This document shows positions 62,580 to 64,000 of a stretch of 64,000 nt of DNA, in pieces. Positions within the stretch are counted from its first letter, which is position 1; every line of letters begins with the position of its first letter. Source of the stretch: Squalus acanthias. Taxonomy: Eukaryota. The notes beneath the pieces are model-generated. The model had not been told where the DNA came from. It worked only from the letters and a program-made list of their open reading frames with translations, and made no database searches. The stretch lies in assembly GCA_030390025.1 (NCBI GenBank), contig CM059432.1:152274001-152338000 (forward strand), written 5' to 3'. The position numbers were made by a program, and so were the translations under genes.

Positions 62580-63584
62580 TCTGGAAGCCTCAACAATGGA
62601 AAAGCTGTAAACAGCATACAGGCTTTTGAGATAAGATAAGCTGTTGACACTGAAACAATAGCCTTATTGAAACAGGAGGTTGGAGGTTCCTAAAGTCTGA
62701 AGCCTTGGAAAGAACACAATGGAATATCCAGTTAAGGTGTCTTAAACCAACACTTTGAAAAGAATCACATAAATTAAAGAAACATATGCCTTCGTGAAAA
62801 TGACATCAAATAGAACCACTGCTGTTACACTGTTTTTTATGATGAACTTGAAACACGGGTAGAGACATAATTCTTAATACAACCAACTGAGGTAACTAAG
62901 AAGACAATGTGCATCCGATTGAGGTGTTCTAAATGCAAAAGATACAAACAGAAGACCTTGGTAAGAATGGCATCAAGTGGGGGAGGCACCACCCGTCACA
63001 TTGTTTTTGTGTTGAACTTGAAACACCTAAAGGAGAGACACGAGTCTGCACGCTACAAGCTGATCTAACTAATAGCAGGGGTCAACAGAAAAATGACTAG
63101 AGATAATTAACTTACATCAGCAGAAAACTTCAAAGGATATACCACTGAAAAAGGGTATAAAAATTGGACTTTCAAATGGGAAGATAGATTCGCTTGAAGG
63201 GACAAAGCGATTCTCAGGCTTCAGAGGCAAACTCTGTAAGTCTTCAACTCTTTGTATCTCGGGGATCAAGGTACTTGTATTTGATTTTGGTGAATATCCT
63301 GGAATAAACTAAGAAATGTAAAAATGTAACGAAGTTAAGATTTGAGAATAAGGATCTCTGATAATAAAATTGTAAGATTTTTGTATTTGGAACTGTTAAA
63401 GTTGCAATTGAAATACTTACTGAAATTACATGTCGGTTCTTTAATAAATCTATATATTTTTAGAATTGTCTCACATAGTACCTCTGTATCAAACTCGCAA
63501 ACTCAATCTCTGTACACTCTTTGGTGAGGAGTTGCAGAATTCTGGGGGAGTTTTCCGGACCCTCATAATATCCGGAAGGTTACA
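62580..63584 (+). mobile_element. Possible solo LTR
   Basis: TATA-like GGGTATAAAA (63153), AATAAA (63302, 63362, 63443), ends GGTTACA. No TSD or partner LTR identified. Confidence 0.3.
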
Positions 63585-63768
63585 GTCTAGCTAAACTTAT
63601 TAAAAGTGCTATCTGGAGGACGGTAACATCTTCAGGCTGTTCCTTTCCTTTAGGGAGAGATAGTCTGGACCTTTAGACCCAATTAAGCATCTTTAGGATT
63701 CGGCTACCTCTAACTTTAGTTGAAGGTGAACGTCTGGGGAATAGGGACTAGGACTAGTAATTATCCCT

Positions 63769-64000
63769 TCAAGGTACCACCAACGCTGCCTCCGCAAGAT
63801 CCTGCAAATCCATTGGCAGGATAGGCACCCCCAGCATCGAAGCTTTGACCACGCTCGATCAGCTCCGATGGACGGGTCACATCGTCTGCATGCCCGATAC
63901 GAGACTCCCAAAACAAGCGCTCTACTCGGAGCTCCGACACGGCAAGAGAGCCCCAGGTGGGCAGAGGAAACGCTTCAAGGACACCCTCAAAGCCTCCTTG
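63769..64000 (+). mobile_element. Second RTE copy, runs off the window
   Basis: Near-identical to 61160-61420 apart from a ~30-bp internal deletion. Confidence 0.88.

Overview
Eukaryotic, repeat-dominated DNA, very likely from a shark or other cartilaginous fish (HE1/V-SINEs, Deu-type SINEs, CR1, L2, RTE and Penelope families). The only host gene I can support is FBXL2 on the minus strand. Three consecutive LRR-coding exons (58717-58811, 51257-51325, 51087-51182) have canonical AG/GT sites and consistent phase. I found no further exon, so positions 1-51086 appear to be one very long intron. That intron holds: a young Penelope-like retroelement (PLE) with an uninterrupted RT + GIY-YIG ORF, a 13-bp TSD and a minimal hammerhead ribozyme; a second PLE family leaving many hammerhead-bearing terminal repeats and hairpins; a Harbinger-type MITE plus a Myb/SANT-coding Harbinger relic; a hAT MITE; a near full-length CR1 with an esterase ORF1; and a decayed RAB29-like exon. 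A second copy of the Harbinger MITE lies at 54124-54886, and an RTE is nested in a CR1 near the right end. Almost all short ORFs in the supplied track are TE fragments or spurious. All calls come from reading the sequence by eye; family names come from recalled motifs and need Dfam/Repbase/BLAST confirmation. Boundaries of old repeats are approximate.
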